DNA from: an uncultured Chloroflexia bacterium
GTDB lineage: Bacteria; Chloroflexota; UBA6077; JACCZL01
NCBI GenBank assembly: GCA_963765765.1
Contig: CAVXYC010000014.1
Coordinates: 160,001-224,000, forward strand
Reading direction: 5' to 3'
Length of the DNA stretch: 64,000 nucleotides
Position 1 is the first letter of the stretch. Each line of letters starts with the position of its first letter. The notes below the pieces were generated by a model that saw only the letters and a program-made list of their open reading frames with translations, was not told the origin of the DNA and did no database searches. Below, piece by piece: positions 52,386 to 61,016 of this stretch. The translations under genes and the position numbers were made by a program.

Positions 52386-53594
52386 GTGTTGTTTCGATCT
52401 CTCAACCGCCGTCTAACCAGGGTCTGCCTAGGCGCTCCGCGGATCGCAATTTCCATGGGGCTTTCCCTTTTTGGCCTGGCAGCCGTGCCAATGGGACCCG
52501 CCGCCGCGGCCGGTATCGGCGCAGATCCGGCCCTCGTCTCGTCGGCGCGCTTGCCGATTGGCCCCCTGCAAATAGACGAACCGACGCTTGAGGGCCAGGA
52601 TGCTCCGATCGAGGAGACAGCTTCCCCGACCCCGGTTGAAACGGCTACAGACTCTGTGCCCGCGCCTCCTGCTGAGGCCGCGGCGCCCTCGGCACCCGCG
52701 CCTCCTGAAGCTAACTCATCCCCGGCGGCATCGATAGAGACCGCGGCAGCAACCCCTAATCCAGCCGTATCACGACCCCAGTTTGGTGTTGGAAAATACA
52801 CCGTGTCAAAAGGTGACACGCTGTTCTCGATCGCTCGAAAGGCTGAGTTGAGTCTCGCCGTCCTCAGCTCGATAAACAACATCTCGGACCCGAGCTCGGT
52901 CAAAGTTGGGCAGACGCTCTACATTCCCGCGCGGCCGGGGAGCGTGTACGTTGCCGCCAGGGGTGACTCCGTCCAATCCGTTGCCGACAAGTACCAGACA
53001 AAAATCGACGCCATCCGCGAGGCGAACGGACTTAATAACGATGCACAGCTTGGGGCCGGCCAGCTCGTCCTAATCCCTGGCGTTGTCCAGGCCAGCGCCG
53101 CTATCAAACCCATCACTGCCGCAACGCCTCGATCAATCTCTTCCCAGGGGGGAGTCTCGCCACTCCCTGCGCCGAAGTCCGCTCAGGCCCCGCCCGTGGC
53201 TACCGCGGCGCTGGCAAAGTCGCCGCAGGGTAGTGGAGACACGTTGATCTGGCCAGTGTCAGGTCCAATTTCGACGAACTTTTCGCCAACACACCGCGGA
53301 CTCGACATCGTTGCCAACCAGGGTGTCCCGGTGAAATCAGCACTGGCCGGCCGAGTTGTAGGCGCCGCGGAAGGAGATGGCCCCTATGGTTGGTACGTCA
53401 TCGTGGAGCACGGCGGCACCTTCACTTCGGTCTACGCGCATCTCAGCAAGATTCGGGTCAAAGTCGGTGACGTCGTAGAGAAAAGCCAGATCGTCGGTGA
53501 GGTCGGAACCACTGGCCAGTCAACAGGGTCGCATCTCCACCTCGAGCTTCGCCAGAACAACGTTCCCATCGATCCCCGTCCTTATCTGCCGTAG
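52386..53594 (+). CDS. LysM-repeat M23 family metallopeptidase
   Basis: YTVSKGDTLFSIA and a second LysM; HRGLD, YAHL, TGSHLHLE; start uncertain. Confidence 0.9.
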   Translation: MLFRSLNRRLTRVCLGAPRIAISMGLSLFGLAAVPMGPAAAAGIGADPALVSSARLPIGPLQIDEPTLEGQDAPIEETASPTPVETATDSVPAPPAEAAAPSAPAPPEANSSPAASIETAAATPNPAVSRPQFGVGKYTVSKGDTLFSIARKAELSLAVLSSINNISDPSSVKVGQTLYIPARPGSVYVAARGDSVQSVADKYQTKIDAIREANGLNNDAQLGAGQLVLIPGVVQASAAIKPITAATPRSISSQGGVSPLPAPKSAQAPPVATAALAKSPQGSGDTLIWPVSGPISTNFSPTHRGLDIVANQGVPVKSALAGRVVGAAEGDGPYGWYVIVEHGGTFTSVYAHLSKIRVKVGDVVEKSQIVGEVGTTGQSTGSHLHLELRQNNVPIDPRPYLP

Positions 53595-53723
53595 CGAACG
53601 AGCTCGCAGTTAAGAGTTGAGAGCTCACTGGCGACAGTCGTCTCCGCCTGTGGACCGTTTACTGTGAACTATCAACCGTGATCTCACTGATATACTGCCC
53701 CCATCCACGCTGAGGAGCCCTCT

Positions 53724-54350
53724 ATGACTCAGACATCGAACCCGAGCACGAGCTCGGAGAAGGTTGCCTTCTATTTCGACCCCACTTGACCATGGGCCTG
53801 GCGAACTGCCGATTGGATTCGGCAGGTTCGTCGGGTGCGCCCCGTGGAGGTGCGCTGGCAGCTCTTCAGTCTTGAGGAGATCAACAAAGGCGACGGTGAG
53901 GTTGATTGGAATGGAGGAAGAAGTGCGCCCGTACTACGGGTCATTGCACTCGTCCGACGTAAGCACGGGAACGACGCCGTAGACCGACTGTACGACGCGC
54001 TTGGCCAGGCTCGTTTTCGCAATGAGAAGGTTTACGCTGACGAGGGTGTTGTTGAAGCAGCCCTTGAAGCTGCCGGACTCGATCCGGCGCTGAAGGCGCA
54101 GGCTCTGGCTGACGATTCGACGCGTGAAGAAGTGCTAGAAGAGCACAACGAGATCGTGAAGCGGCTGGGGACCTTCGGTGTTCCGACGATCGTGCTCGAC
54201 GACAACACTGGGCCTGGAATGTTCGGCCCCGTCATCGCCAGTGTGCCCGAGGGCGAGGCAGCAGGAGAGATGTGGGATCATTTCCTGTGGATGACACGCC
54301 AGACTGAGTTCTACGAAATCAAGCGCTCACGTCCCCCGGCAAGGCACTAG
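53724..54350 (+). CDS. Selenoprotein: DsbA-fold, Rv2466c-like oxidoreductase with Sec at codon 22 (UGA at 53787-53789)
   Basis: GAGGAG RBS; MTQTSNPSTSSEKVAFYFDPT-U-PWAWRTADWIRQVRRVRPVEVRW, in frame with ORF 53835-54350 (FGVPT, FGPV, FYEIKRSR); UGA aligns with the catalytic Cys of FDPxCPW. Confidence 0.82.
53796..53836 (+). promoter_or_regulatory. SECIS-like hairpin
   Basis: GCCUGGCGAA-CUGCCGA [UUGGAU] UCGGCAG-g-UUCGUCGGGU; G-containing apical loop about 23 nt 3' of the UGA. Confidence 0.7.
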
Positions 54351-54430
54351 GGCTTCGACCAGAGAAGGGGTAAGAGTTCACAGTTGAATCGAGGAGACTG
54401 CTCCCTCACCTATCACACAACTGTGAACTC

Positions 54431-56098
54431 TTAACTCTTAACCAAGAGCATCCTCGAGCGCAGCTCCTGGGCGTTGGGTAACACGCGCACTAGCAGCGGG
54501 TCAGTTCGCCCACGAACCTCCACCTCACGAACCTCGAAGCCGCTCAAATCCACATCTGCCCGGGCGGCAACGTCCTCTGAGACGATGAGCTGGCTTTTCA
54601 TCTCCTTGTTCATCGACTCCAGACGGCTCGCGGTATTGACCGCGTCCCCAATGGCCGTAAACGTCCGCGCTGTGCCGTACCCCATCTCACCCACGATGAC
54701 TGGCCCCATGTGGACACCCAGACCGATACGCAGCGGCTCCTGCAAATCGATCTGAAGCTCGGCGTTGAGCGCGTCGAGGCTCTCGGACATGGCCAACGCT
54801 GCCCGAAGCGAGTCTCGACATCCCTCAGCAGGGCCGTTGTGAATGCCAAAGAGCGCCATCACGCCGTCGCCGATGAATTTATCGAGATGACCGCCTGAGC
54901 GCTCAACAGCCTCACCCATGGCGGCGAAGTAGCGATTGAGCAGGAACACGACGTCATAGGGGAACCGATGCTCGGCGAGCTGCGTGAACGATCTGATATC
55001 CGCAAAGAGGATCGCAATGTCTTTCTCTGCACCGAGCGTCAGCGAAGGACGAACCAGGCCTTCCGTTGGACCAATGGACCACGGTACCAGGGGAAAGACC
55101 GCGACGTCGGAAATAGGCCGAAGCTGGCAAGCCAATCGAACGTTTGGCGGCGCCCCAATTCGCTGAAGCGCACCGGCCTCATAGGTCGACGGCTGGGGCA
55201 AGAGGTCCTTTCCATCGGCAATGCGCAATCTGCAGGTCGTGCACCGTCCACGCCCACCACAAATGGACGCGTGGGGAATGCCTGCTGATCGACTTGCCTC
55301 TAGCACCGTCATGCCACGCGGAATGACAACTCTGCGTCCTGCAGGATACGTCAAGCGCACCACGCCCTTGCGGCGCTGCAGGACTGAGCGAACCCAACGG
55401 CCAATGAACACGCTGGCAGCCACAACTACGAAGATACCCACGGCGACATTTGCCCAGCCCAGCACCGTGTTGTTCTGCTCTTCGATTCCGATTGGAAACG
55501 TCGTCGAACGCCAGGTCGGATCGTCCGAGAGTGCCCCAAACGTTCGGCCTGCGTGGAAGAAGCCGAGCAAGCCGAAGACAGGAAGTAAGAGGGCCGTGGA
55601 CCTCAACCAGGGCACGGCCTTCGGATACCAGGGTCTGAAGCGTAGCCAGAAATGAACGCCCATGCTGCCGTGGGCCCAGGCCAGAACGAGCAACAGCGAC
55701 TGCAGAATGACCGACTCGGGATGCTCCACCCACATCCCAGCCACAACGTACGCATATGAGTCGTTCACACCGTAGGTCGCGCTCAGTACCCTGGTGCCGA
55801 AAATGTGGGGAATCAGGAACACGGGCATCAACAGCCCCATGACAAGTCGAACGATCTCCCATCGAGGCAAGCGGAGATGACGCCGTCTATACAGCGCCAT
55901 AAGCACCAGCGCAACATGGACGATCAGTGACGAGTAGAGAAGGAGGCTCCCCAGCGGGCTCCGCCAGATGAGTAAGAACACCTGTCGCCCGCGCTCCAAG
56001 AGCTCCACCGAAATAAGGCCGAGCGAATGGTTGATGAAATGCGTCGCCACGAAGACGAACAAGACCAGTCCCGACCAGAGACGAAGTCGATGTTCCAT
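54431..56098 (-). CDS. CyaC-like class III adenylate/guanylate cyclase with cytochrome-b-like membrane domain and 2Fe-2S ferredoxin
   Basis: His-bearing TMs (THFINHSLG, HV.L, PHIFGTR, WAHG.MGVH), CGGRGRCTTCR...RLACQ, FADIRSFT, DKFIGDGVMA, IGDAVNTASRLE. Confidence 0.9.
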   Translation of the reverse strand: MEHRLRLWSGLVLFVFVATHFINHSLGLISVELLERGRQVFLLIWRSPLGSLLLYSSLIVHVALVLMALYRRRHLRLPRWEIVRLVMGLLMPVFLIPHIFGTRVLSATYGVNDSYAYVVAGMWVEHPESVILQSLLLVLAWAHGSMGVHFWLRFRPWYPKAVPWLRSTALLLPVFGLLGFFHAGRTFGALSDDPTWRSTTFPIGIEEQNNTVLGWANVAVGIFVVVAASVFIGRWVRSVLQRRKGVVRLTYPAGRRVVIPRGMTVLEASRSAGIPHASICGGRGRCTTCRLRIADGKDLLPQPSTYEAGALQRIGAPPNVRLACQLRPISDVAVFPLVPWSIGPTEGLVRPSLTLGAEKDIAILFADIRSFTQLAEHRFPYDVVFLLNRYFAAMGEAVERSGGHLDKFIGDGVMALFGIHNGPAEGCRDSLRAALAMSESLDALNAELQIDLQEPLRIGLGVHMGPVIVGEMGYGTARTFTAIGDAVNTASRLESMNKEMKSQLIVSEDVAARADVDLSGFEVREVEVRGRTDPLLVRVLPNAQELRSRMLLVKS

Positions 56099-56322
56099 AG
56101 GCGCAATACTACGCATGTCCGGGGTAGGACGCTAGCTGGACCAACCCACAGTCAAGGTCGATACGCGGGCTCACCTACGGGACAATGTCACCTTCGTCCC
56201 CCCACCGCGCGTGGCCTCATGTTGTCACCAATGGCGCTCCCAAATCCGTCGAAGCCGTGCCTTCACGTTCCGAGGATCAAGGAGACAGCGCTAAAGTGCT
56301 TAACTACAAACCGGCTGGCGGC

Positions 56323-57394
56323 TTAGGTGCCCGCGAACACGATACTGACCGGGCTGCCAATCTCGACAATCTGACCCGTTGGAGTGAGGGTGCCGCTCCC
56401 GCCGTCCACGCGGAACGTGACGATGGTGTCCGTGGCCTGGTTCGCGGCGTAGAGCAGGCCGCCGTCCGGGGACAGCGCGAAAAAGCGCGGCTGCTTTCCC
56501 TGTGTCGGTTCCCAGGCTACGGGGGACAGCTTGCCGGTCGCGTCGTCCACCTGGAAGATCGCAATGGTGTTGTGCCCCCGATTTGAGACATAGACGAACT
56601 TCCCGGATGGCGCGATCTGGATCTCGGCTGTGGTGTTCACCTCCGAGAAGTCCCTCGGCAGCGTCGTCTGCACATCCAGCTCGTCAAGCTGGCCAGTCGC
56701 CGTATCGTAGGCGAACGTCGTGACGGTCGAGCTCAGTTCGTTGCATTGGTAGGCAAACGCGCGATTCGGATGGAACGCCAGGTGTCGCGGTGCGGCGCCG
56801 GAGGCCGCCACGATGGAGCCCTGGGCCGACGGAACAATCTTGCCGTTTGCGGGGTCCACCCGAAACACGTAAGTACGGTCGTGGCCCTTGTCCGGCACGA
56901 TGAAGTGATTGCCGGCTCGGATCAGCCGGTATATGGTGAGGATGGGACGATTCCTGACCGGGGTGCGGACCATGCGTTCCGACCAACGTGACGATGTCGC
57001 TCAGAGAACCGAGCGAGCCGTCCGGGTTCACCGGTAGCGCCGAGACCTTGCCAGCATAGTAGCCAGCCACCACCGCAAATGGCATGTTGGGCAAGATCGT
57101 GATGGCGACCGGGTTTGCGCTACCGCAGTCCTGTGAGTTGAGCTTCGTCAGCGTGCCACTCGCGGCGTCTCTCGCGAACGCGCTGACGGTAGTAAGATCG
57201 TTACCGCCATGGACGCTGTAGAGATGTTCCTGGCTGGCATCGACGGTCAACCACGACGGGTTGACAACATCCTCCACGCACTGGACGTGAGTCCAGGCGC
57301 CGCTATCGCAATCCATCTCGAAGACCTCGATGCCTTTGCCACGGCCATCCCGATCCGGCGTGGTGTAACAGCCCACATAGGCGTACGTCGCCAT
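56323..57394 (-). CDS. Lactonase family beta-propeller (YbhE-type 6-phosphogluconolactonase-like) (frameshift near 56925)
   Basis: YVGCYT, NPSWL, SHPHH, PRHLAFHP, NELSSTV, YVSNRGHNTI, PRFF. Confidence 0.88.
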
Positions 57395-57433
57395 AATGTT
57401 CCCTCCAATCAAGAGCTTCATCCGCTTCAGGTT

Positions 57434-57646
57434 CTACGAGCGGATCGGCGCCTTGTACGGGTCGAAGGCCAGGTACGGCTTATCCTTCCAGCTCGCGGCG
57501 ATGACTTTGAGCGTGAGGCCGCTCTTGAAGCGCAGCTCCAGTCGATCGAGGTTGGACCAGGCGCTCTCGATCTCCTGCTCCGCCAGCCAGCTCCAGTCCA
57601 CCGTGCAGCCGCTCTCATCCTGCGGCGTGATCTCGTTTGTTGCCAT
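57434..57646 (-). CDS. Hypothetical protein, 70 aa
   Basis: AGAGGA RBS; MATNEITPQDESGCTVDWSWL...LAFDPYKAP; upstream of the lactonase on the same strand. Confidence 0.65.
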   Translation of the reverse strand: MATNEITPQDESGCTVDWSWLAEQEIESAWSNLDRLELRFKSGLTLKVIAASWKDKPYLAFDPYKAPIRS

Positions 57647-57742
57647 GCAGTCCTCTCTTTGTCTCATTCTGGCAGGAACGGCGACGGCTGGGCAGGCCTG
57701 CGGCGCCGGTCCGGTACCATTTCGATTGCCATCTAACTTCCC

Positions 57743-59065
57743 ATGAAGAACTACACATCGAAGAACTACACATCCGTCACCCAACCGCGCGCCGTCCGCT
57801 TCTTCCAGTCTCGTGGCATCTTTTATGGCTGGGTCGTCGTCGTGGTCACCTGGATGACGGTTCTGGCCGGTGCGGGCTTGCGGCAGGTGCCCGCCGTGGT
57901 CATCAAGCCCCTCGAGGCTGAGTTCGGCTGGGATCGGGCGTCTATCTCGTTGGCCGTGGCCGTGAGTCTGATGGCGTACGGTCTGGGAGCACCCTTCTCC
58001 GGCAAGCTCATCGATCGCTACGGTCCGCGAACCGTGACGCTGTGGGCGCTCGGGCTCACCCTGGTGGGGGCTGCCGGACTGGTGACGATCCGCACTGTTG
58101 GCGAGCTGGTGTGGTGGCTGGGCGTGGTGGTGGGCCTGGGAACCGGAGCACTCGCGCTGGTACTCAGCGCCACAGTTGCCAATCGCTGGTTCGTCACGCA
58201 TCGCGGACTGGTCACCGGGCTGCTCGCGGCCGGGACGTCCGCGGGGCAGCTCGTCTTCATTCCGGTCATGATGGCACTCACACTCACTTTCGACTGGCGT
58301 GCGCCAATCATGCTGTCGCTGGTTGTTCTCGTACTCGTCATCCTGCCGCTGACTGTTTTTCTCGTGCGCGACGGTCCAAAAAGCGTCGGGCTGGCGCCCC
58401 TCGGCTGGACGACGGACGACGATCAGACGGCCATCAACTCAGCGCCCATGGCGAACATGCGCGACGTCATCCGCACGGGTGATTTCTGGCTCCTAGCTAG
58501 CAGCTTCTTCGTCTGCGGCGTCACGACGAACGGCCTTATCGGGACGCACCTCGTCCCCCACGCGGTTGAGCATGGCTTCTCGGAATACACCGCAGCCGGC
58601 GCACTCGCCCTGTTGGGCGGCATGAACGTAATCGGCACGACCGCGTCGGGCTACCTCTCCGACCGAGTTGATCCACGCAAGCTTCTGGCGATCTACTACG
58701 GGCTGCGCGCGACGGCCCTGCTATTGCTACCGCTCGTGAACGAGCCGATCGGCCTCACTGCTTTCGCGATCATCTTCGGCCTCGACTGGATTGCCACCGT
58801 TCCGCCCACAATCGCGCTTACGGCGGATCGCTTCGGTCGCCCGTCGGTTGGCACTGTGTTCGGTTGGATCTTCTGCTGTCACCAGGTCGGCGCGGCGGCC
58901 GCCTCGTATGCTGGCGGCCTTGCCCATGACCTACTCGGTGACTATCAGGCAGCGTTCATCGTGGCGGCGATCATGGGTTTCATCGCGGCCGGCATCAGCA
59001 CTCGCATAACGCGGCCTGGCACCCGCGGTACTGGATTCGCAGCCCCAGGAGCTGCACGGGCCTAG
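57743..59065 (+). CDS. MFS transporter (OFA/MCT-like)
   Basis: FYGWVVV, EFGWDRASIS, GKLIDRYGPR, ANRWF..HRGL, GYLSDR, HQVGAA. Confidence 0.92.
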   Translation: MKNYTSKNYTSVTQPRAVRFFQSRGIFYGWVVVVVTWMTVLAGAGLRQVPAVVIKPLEAEFGWDRASISLAVAVSLMAYGLGAPFSGKLIDRYGPRTVTLWALGLTLVGAAGLVTIRTVGELVWWLGVVVGLGTGALALVLSATVANRWFVTHRGLVTGLLAAGTSAGQLVFIPVMMALTLTFDWRAPIMLSLVVLVLVILPLTVFLVRDGPKSVGLAPLGWTTDDDQTAINSAPMANMRDVIRTGDFWLLASSFFVCGVTTNGLIGTHLVPHAVEHGFSEYTAAGALALLGGMNVIGTTASGYLSDRVDPRKLLAIYYGLRATALLLLPLVNEPIGLTAFAIIFGLDWIATVPPTIALTADRFGRPSVGTVFGWIFCCHQVGAAAASYAGGLAHDLLGDYQAAFIVAAIMGFIAAGISTRITRPGTRGTGFAAPGAARA

Positions 59066-59218
59066 TGAGCTCCGGTGGGACAGGCGTCTCTGCCTGACCG
59101 GTGGATAACCTCGAGTGCGATCTGCGCGCCGATTGCTATCCGCCGAGTCCGATGGTGTCGATTCTCTGTCGGTTCATTCGTCAGTTAGCCAGACCGAGTT
59201 GACGAGGAGGGTCCCACA

Positions 59219-59701
59219 ATGAGACCGGAGCAGACGATCACCCCATTCTTATGGTTCGATGGCAACGCCGAAGAGGCTGTGAACTTCTACACGTCCACAT
59301 TCAAGGACGGCAGAATTGTGAGCATCGATCGTTACCCGGACGAATTCGAAGGGATGCAAGGCAAGGTACTTACCGCGGTGTTCGAGCTCAACGGTCAGCA
59401 GCTCATGGCCATAGATGGCGGCCCGCAGTACAAGTTCACCGAGGCAGTCTCGCTGTATGTGAACTGCGAGTCGCAGGAAGAGGTTGACGCCTACTGGAAC
59501 AAGCTGGCCGAGGGTGGTGAGATCCTCATGTGCGGCTGGCTCAAGGACAAGTACGGCCTGACCTGGCAGATCATTCCGAAGGCGCTACCCGAAATGCTGC
59601 AGGACAAAGATCGCGCCCGAGCGAAACGCGTGATGGACGCCATGATGCAGATGAAGAAGATCGACGTCGCCGAGCTGCAGAAGGCGTACGACAGAGTTTG
59701 A
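59219..59701 (+). CDS. VOC family protein (PhnB / 3-demethylubiquinone-9 methyltransferase-like)
   Basis: ITPFLWFDGNAEEAVNFY, GGPQYKFTEAVS, CGWLKDKYGLTWQI, MQMKKID. Confidence 0.9.
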   Translation: MRPEQTITPFLWFDGNAEEAVNFYTSTFKDGRIVSIDRYPDEFEGMQGKVLTAVFELNGQQLMAIDGGPQYKFTEAVSLYVNCESQEEVDAYWNKLAEGGEILMCGWLKDKYGLTWQIIPKALPEMLQDKDRARAKRVMDAMMQMKKIDVAELQKAYDRV

Positions 59702-59702
59702 T

Positions 59703-59788
59703 GAGAGGTCAGAGGCTAGAGAAGTCAAAGGGCCACTCCGGTGCTTTTCGGATTCCTTGACCTCTAGTCCCTGACCTCTAGCCCCTCT
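59703..59788. repeat. GAGGTCA/GAGGCTA heptamer palindrome (third copy) between convergent genes
   Basis: GAGAGGTCAGAGGCTAGAGAAGTCAAAGG ... CCTTGACCTCTAGTCCCTGACCTCTAGCCCCTCT. Confidence 0.65.
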
Positions 59789-59796
59789 TATCAGAT

Positions 59797-60267
59797 CTAG
59801 ACAACGGCTGCCCGCTTCGCAATCTCCGCGTCGATGTCCAGGGGACGATTCTGCTGACCGCGGGTCTCCCACTCGTCACGTGGAATCGCCCAGAACACTT
59901 CGAACTCGTTGCCGTCAGGATCCTGACCGTAGATGCTGAGACTGTTCCCGTGATCGTTCTCACCCACGTACCCACCGGCCGACATTAGGCGATCACGCGC
60001 TTCCTTGACCTGCTGAATCTCAGCGAGCTCCCAGGCCACGTGGTACATCCCCACGTGGCGACCGTGCGGGATGCCTTCAGCGTCAGCGCCAATGCCAAAC
60101 AGGCCGAGATCGTGGTGATTTTCGCTGCCGTTCGCTTTCATAAAGACACGCTGCGGATGCGATCCGTCTTTCGGGATGAACCCGAGGACGTCACGGTAGA
60201 AGGCCATCGAACGCTGGGCATCCCGGACCCAGAGAACCACGTGATTCAACCCTTTGATAGTAACCAT
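59797..60267 (-). CDS. VOC/glyoxalase family protein
   Basis: LNHVVLWVRD...FY..VLGF, NHHDLGL, YHVAW, DHG..SIYG.DPDGNEFEV. Confidence 0.88.
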   Translation of the reverse strand: MVTIKGLNHVVLWVRDAQRSMAFYRDVLGFIPKDGSHPQRVFMKANGSENHHDLGLFGIGADAEGIPHGRHVGMYHVAWELAEIQQVKEARDRLMSAGGYVGENDHGNSLSIYGQDPDGNEFEVFWAIPRDEWETRGQQNRPLDIDAEIAKRAAVV

Positions 60268-60313
60268 GATTCGCTCCTTGAGTGCATTGTACTCAAGTGC
60301 TCAAAGAACCCAG

Positions 60314-60329
60314 TGGCACGCCTGTTGCG
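60314..60329 (+). promoter_or_regulatory. Sigma54 (-24/-12) promoter
   Basis: TGGCACG-CCTG-TTGCG, matching TGGCACG-N4-TTGC with exact spacing, 46 nt before the small ORF. Confidence 0.8.
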
Positions 60330-60375
60330 TTAGTTCGGACATCCTCGGAGTCGCGGACCCCCGGAGGCGCAACAC

Positions 60376-60609
60376 ATGAACAATTTATCTGGCGATACCG
60401 TAACCCTGTCTCAGCTCGTGCGCACCGAAGAGCACGGCCTGAACATCAACCGACTGCTGTTCGCGAAGTTCCTGGTCATGACGGGCCGAATCAGCGAAGG
60501 CGATATCTCGAACCCCCGCATGATGACCCGGATCCCGGACATTCAGGAAGCTGAAGGGGCATCTGCTGCGCCTTCACCGACAGCGGCAGCCAAGTCAGCC
60601 GCCCGCTAA
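60376..60609 (+). CDS. Small hypothetical protein, 77 aa
   Basis: GGAGG RBS at proper spacing; amphipathic segment RLLFAKFLVMTGRISE; downstream of the sigma54 promoter. Confidence 0.7.
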   Translation: MNNLSGDTVTLSQLVRTEEHGLNINRLLFAKFLVMTGRISEGDISNPRMMTRIPDIQEAEGASAAPSPTAAAKSAAR

Positions 60610-60619
60610 CGCCAACTGA

Positions 60620-61016
60620 CGCCGGCGAGACAATCTATCCCGTCGGCGCGGTAAGCTCCGGCTGGCTCCGCAAGGAGGGCCACTGTTTCTCCGAGGAGGG
60701 GTGCTGGTTCAGTCGCGTCAGGTGCGAGCCGCCGTAACCCTGCGGATGCACGCCGGCATCAACCGGCCTCCGAAGGATTTGGAGAAGCCAGTCCCGTACG
60801 TTCCGGCGCTCAACGTGATACGAGGTCGTCTAGCGCCAGTCAGTAGAAATGACTGCTGTACGATCTCCTAAGCCGATTCCCGCCAGCCCACGAGCCGGTA
60901 AGCAAGGCCCAACGCAACCCGGTGAAGACGATCATAGATCGTACCCCGCGCCGGGAGAGTGGCCTTGCTGAACGAATGGCAGGAGCGCTTCATCGCTGCG
61001 CTCTAATGCCTGATTC
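60620..61016 (+). ncRNA. Candidate large structured RNA of unknown family
   Basis: No ORF of 60 aa or more; at least 12 helices including a multi-way junction, a GCAA tetraloop and a GGCGCU/AGCGCC pseudoknot; G-U wobbles on the + strand. Confidence 0.55.

Noticed and set aside
57745-57774. Tandem 15-nt repeat giving KNYTSKNYTS at the MFS N-terminus
   Set aside because: A single local duplication, possibly upstream of the true start; no evidence of function
60678-60792. GCCACTG and GAAGCCAG resemble cobalamin riboswitch motifs
   Set aside because: The GGGAA and GGGAAG motifs and the B12 box are absent and the element order does not fit
60872-60893. GCCGATTCCCGCCAGCCCACGA resembles a tmRNA/tRNA 3' end
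   Set aside because: No TTC T-loop, no T-stem partner, no CCA end and no GGGG 5' end with the G3-U70 signature
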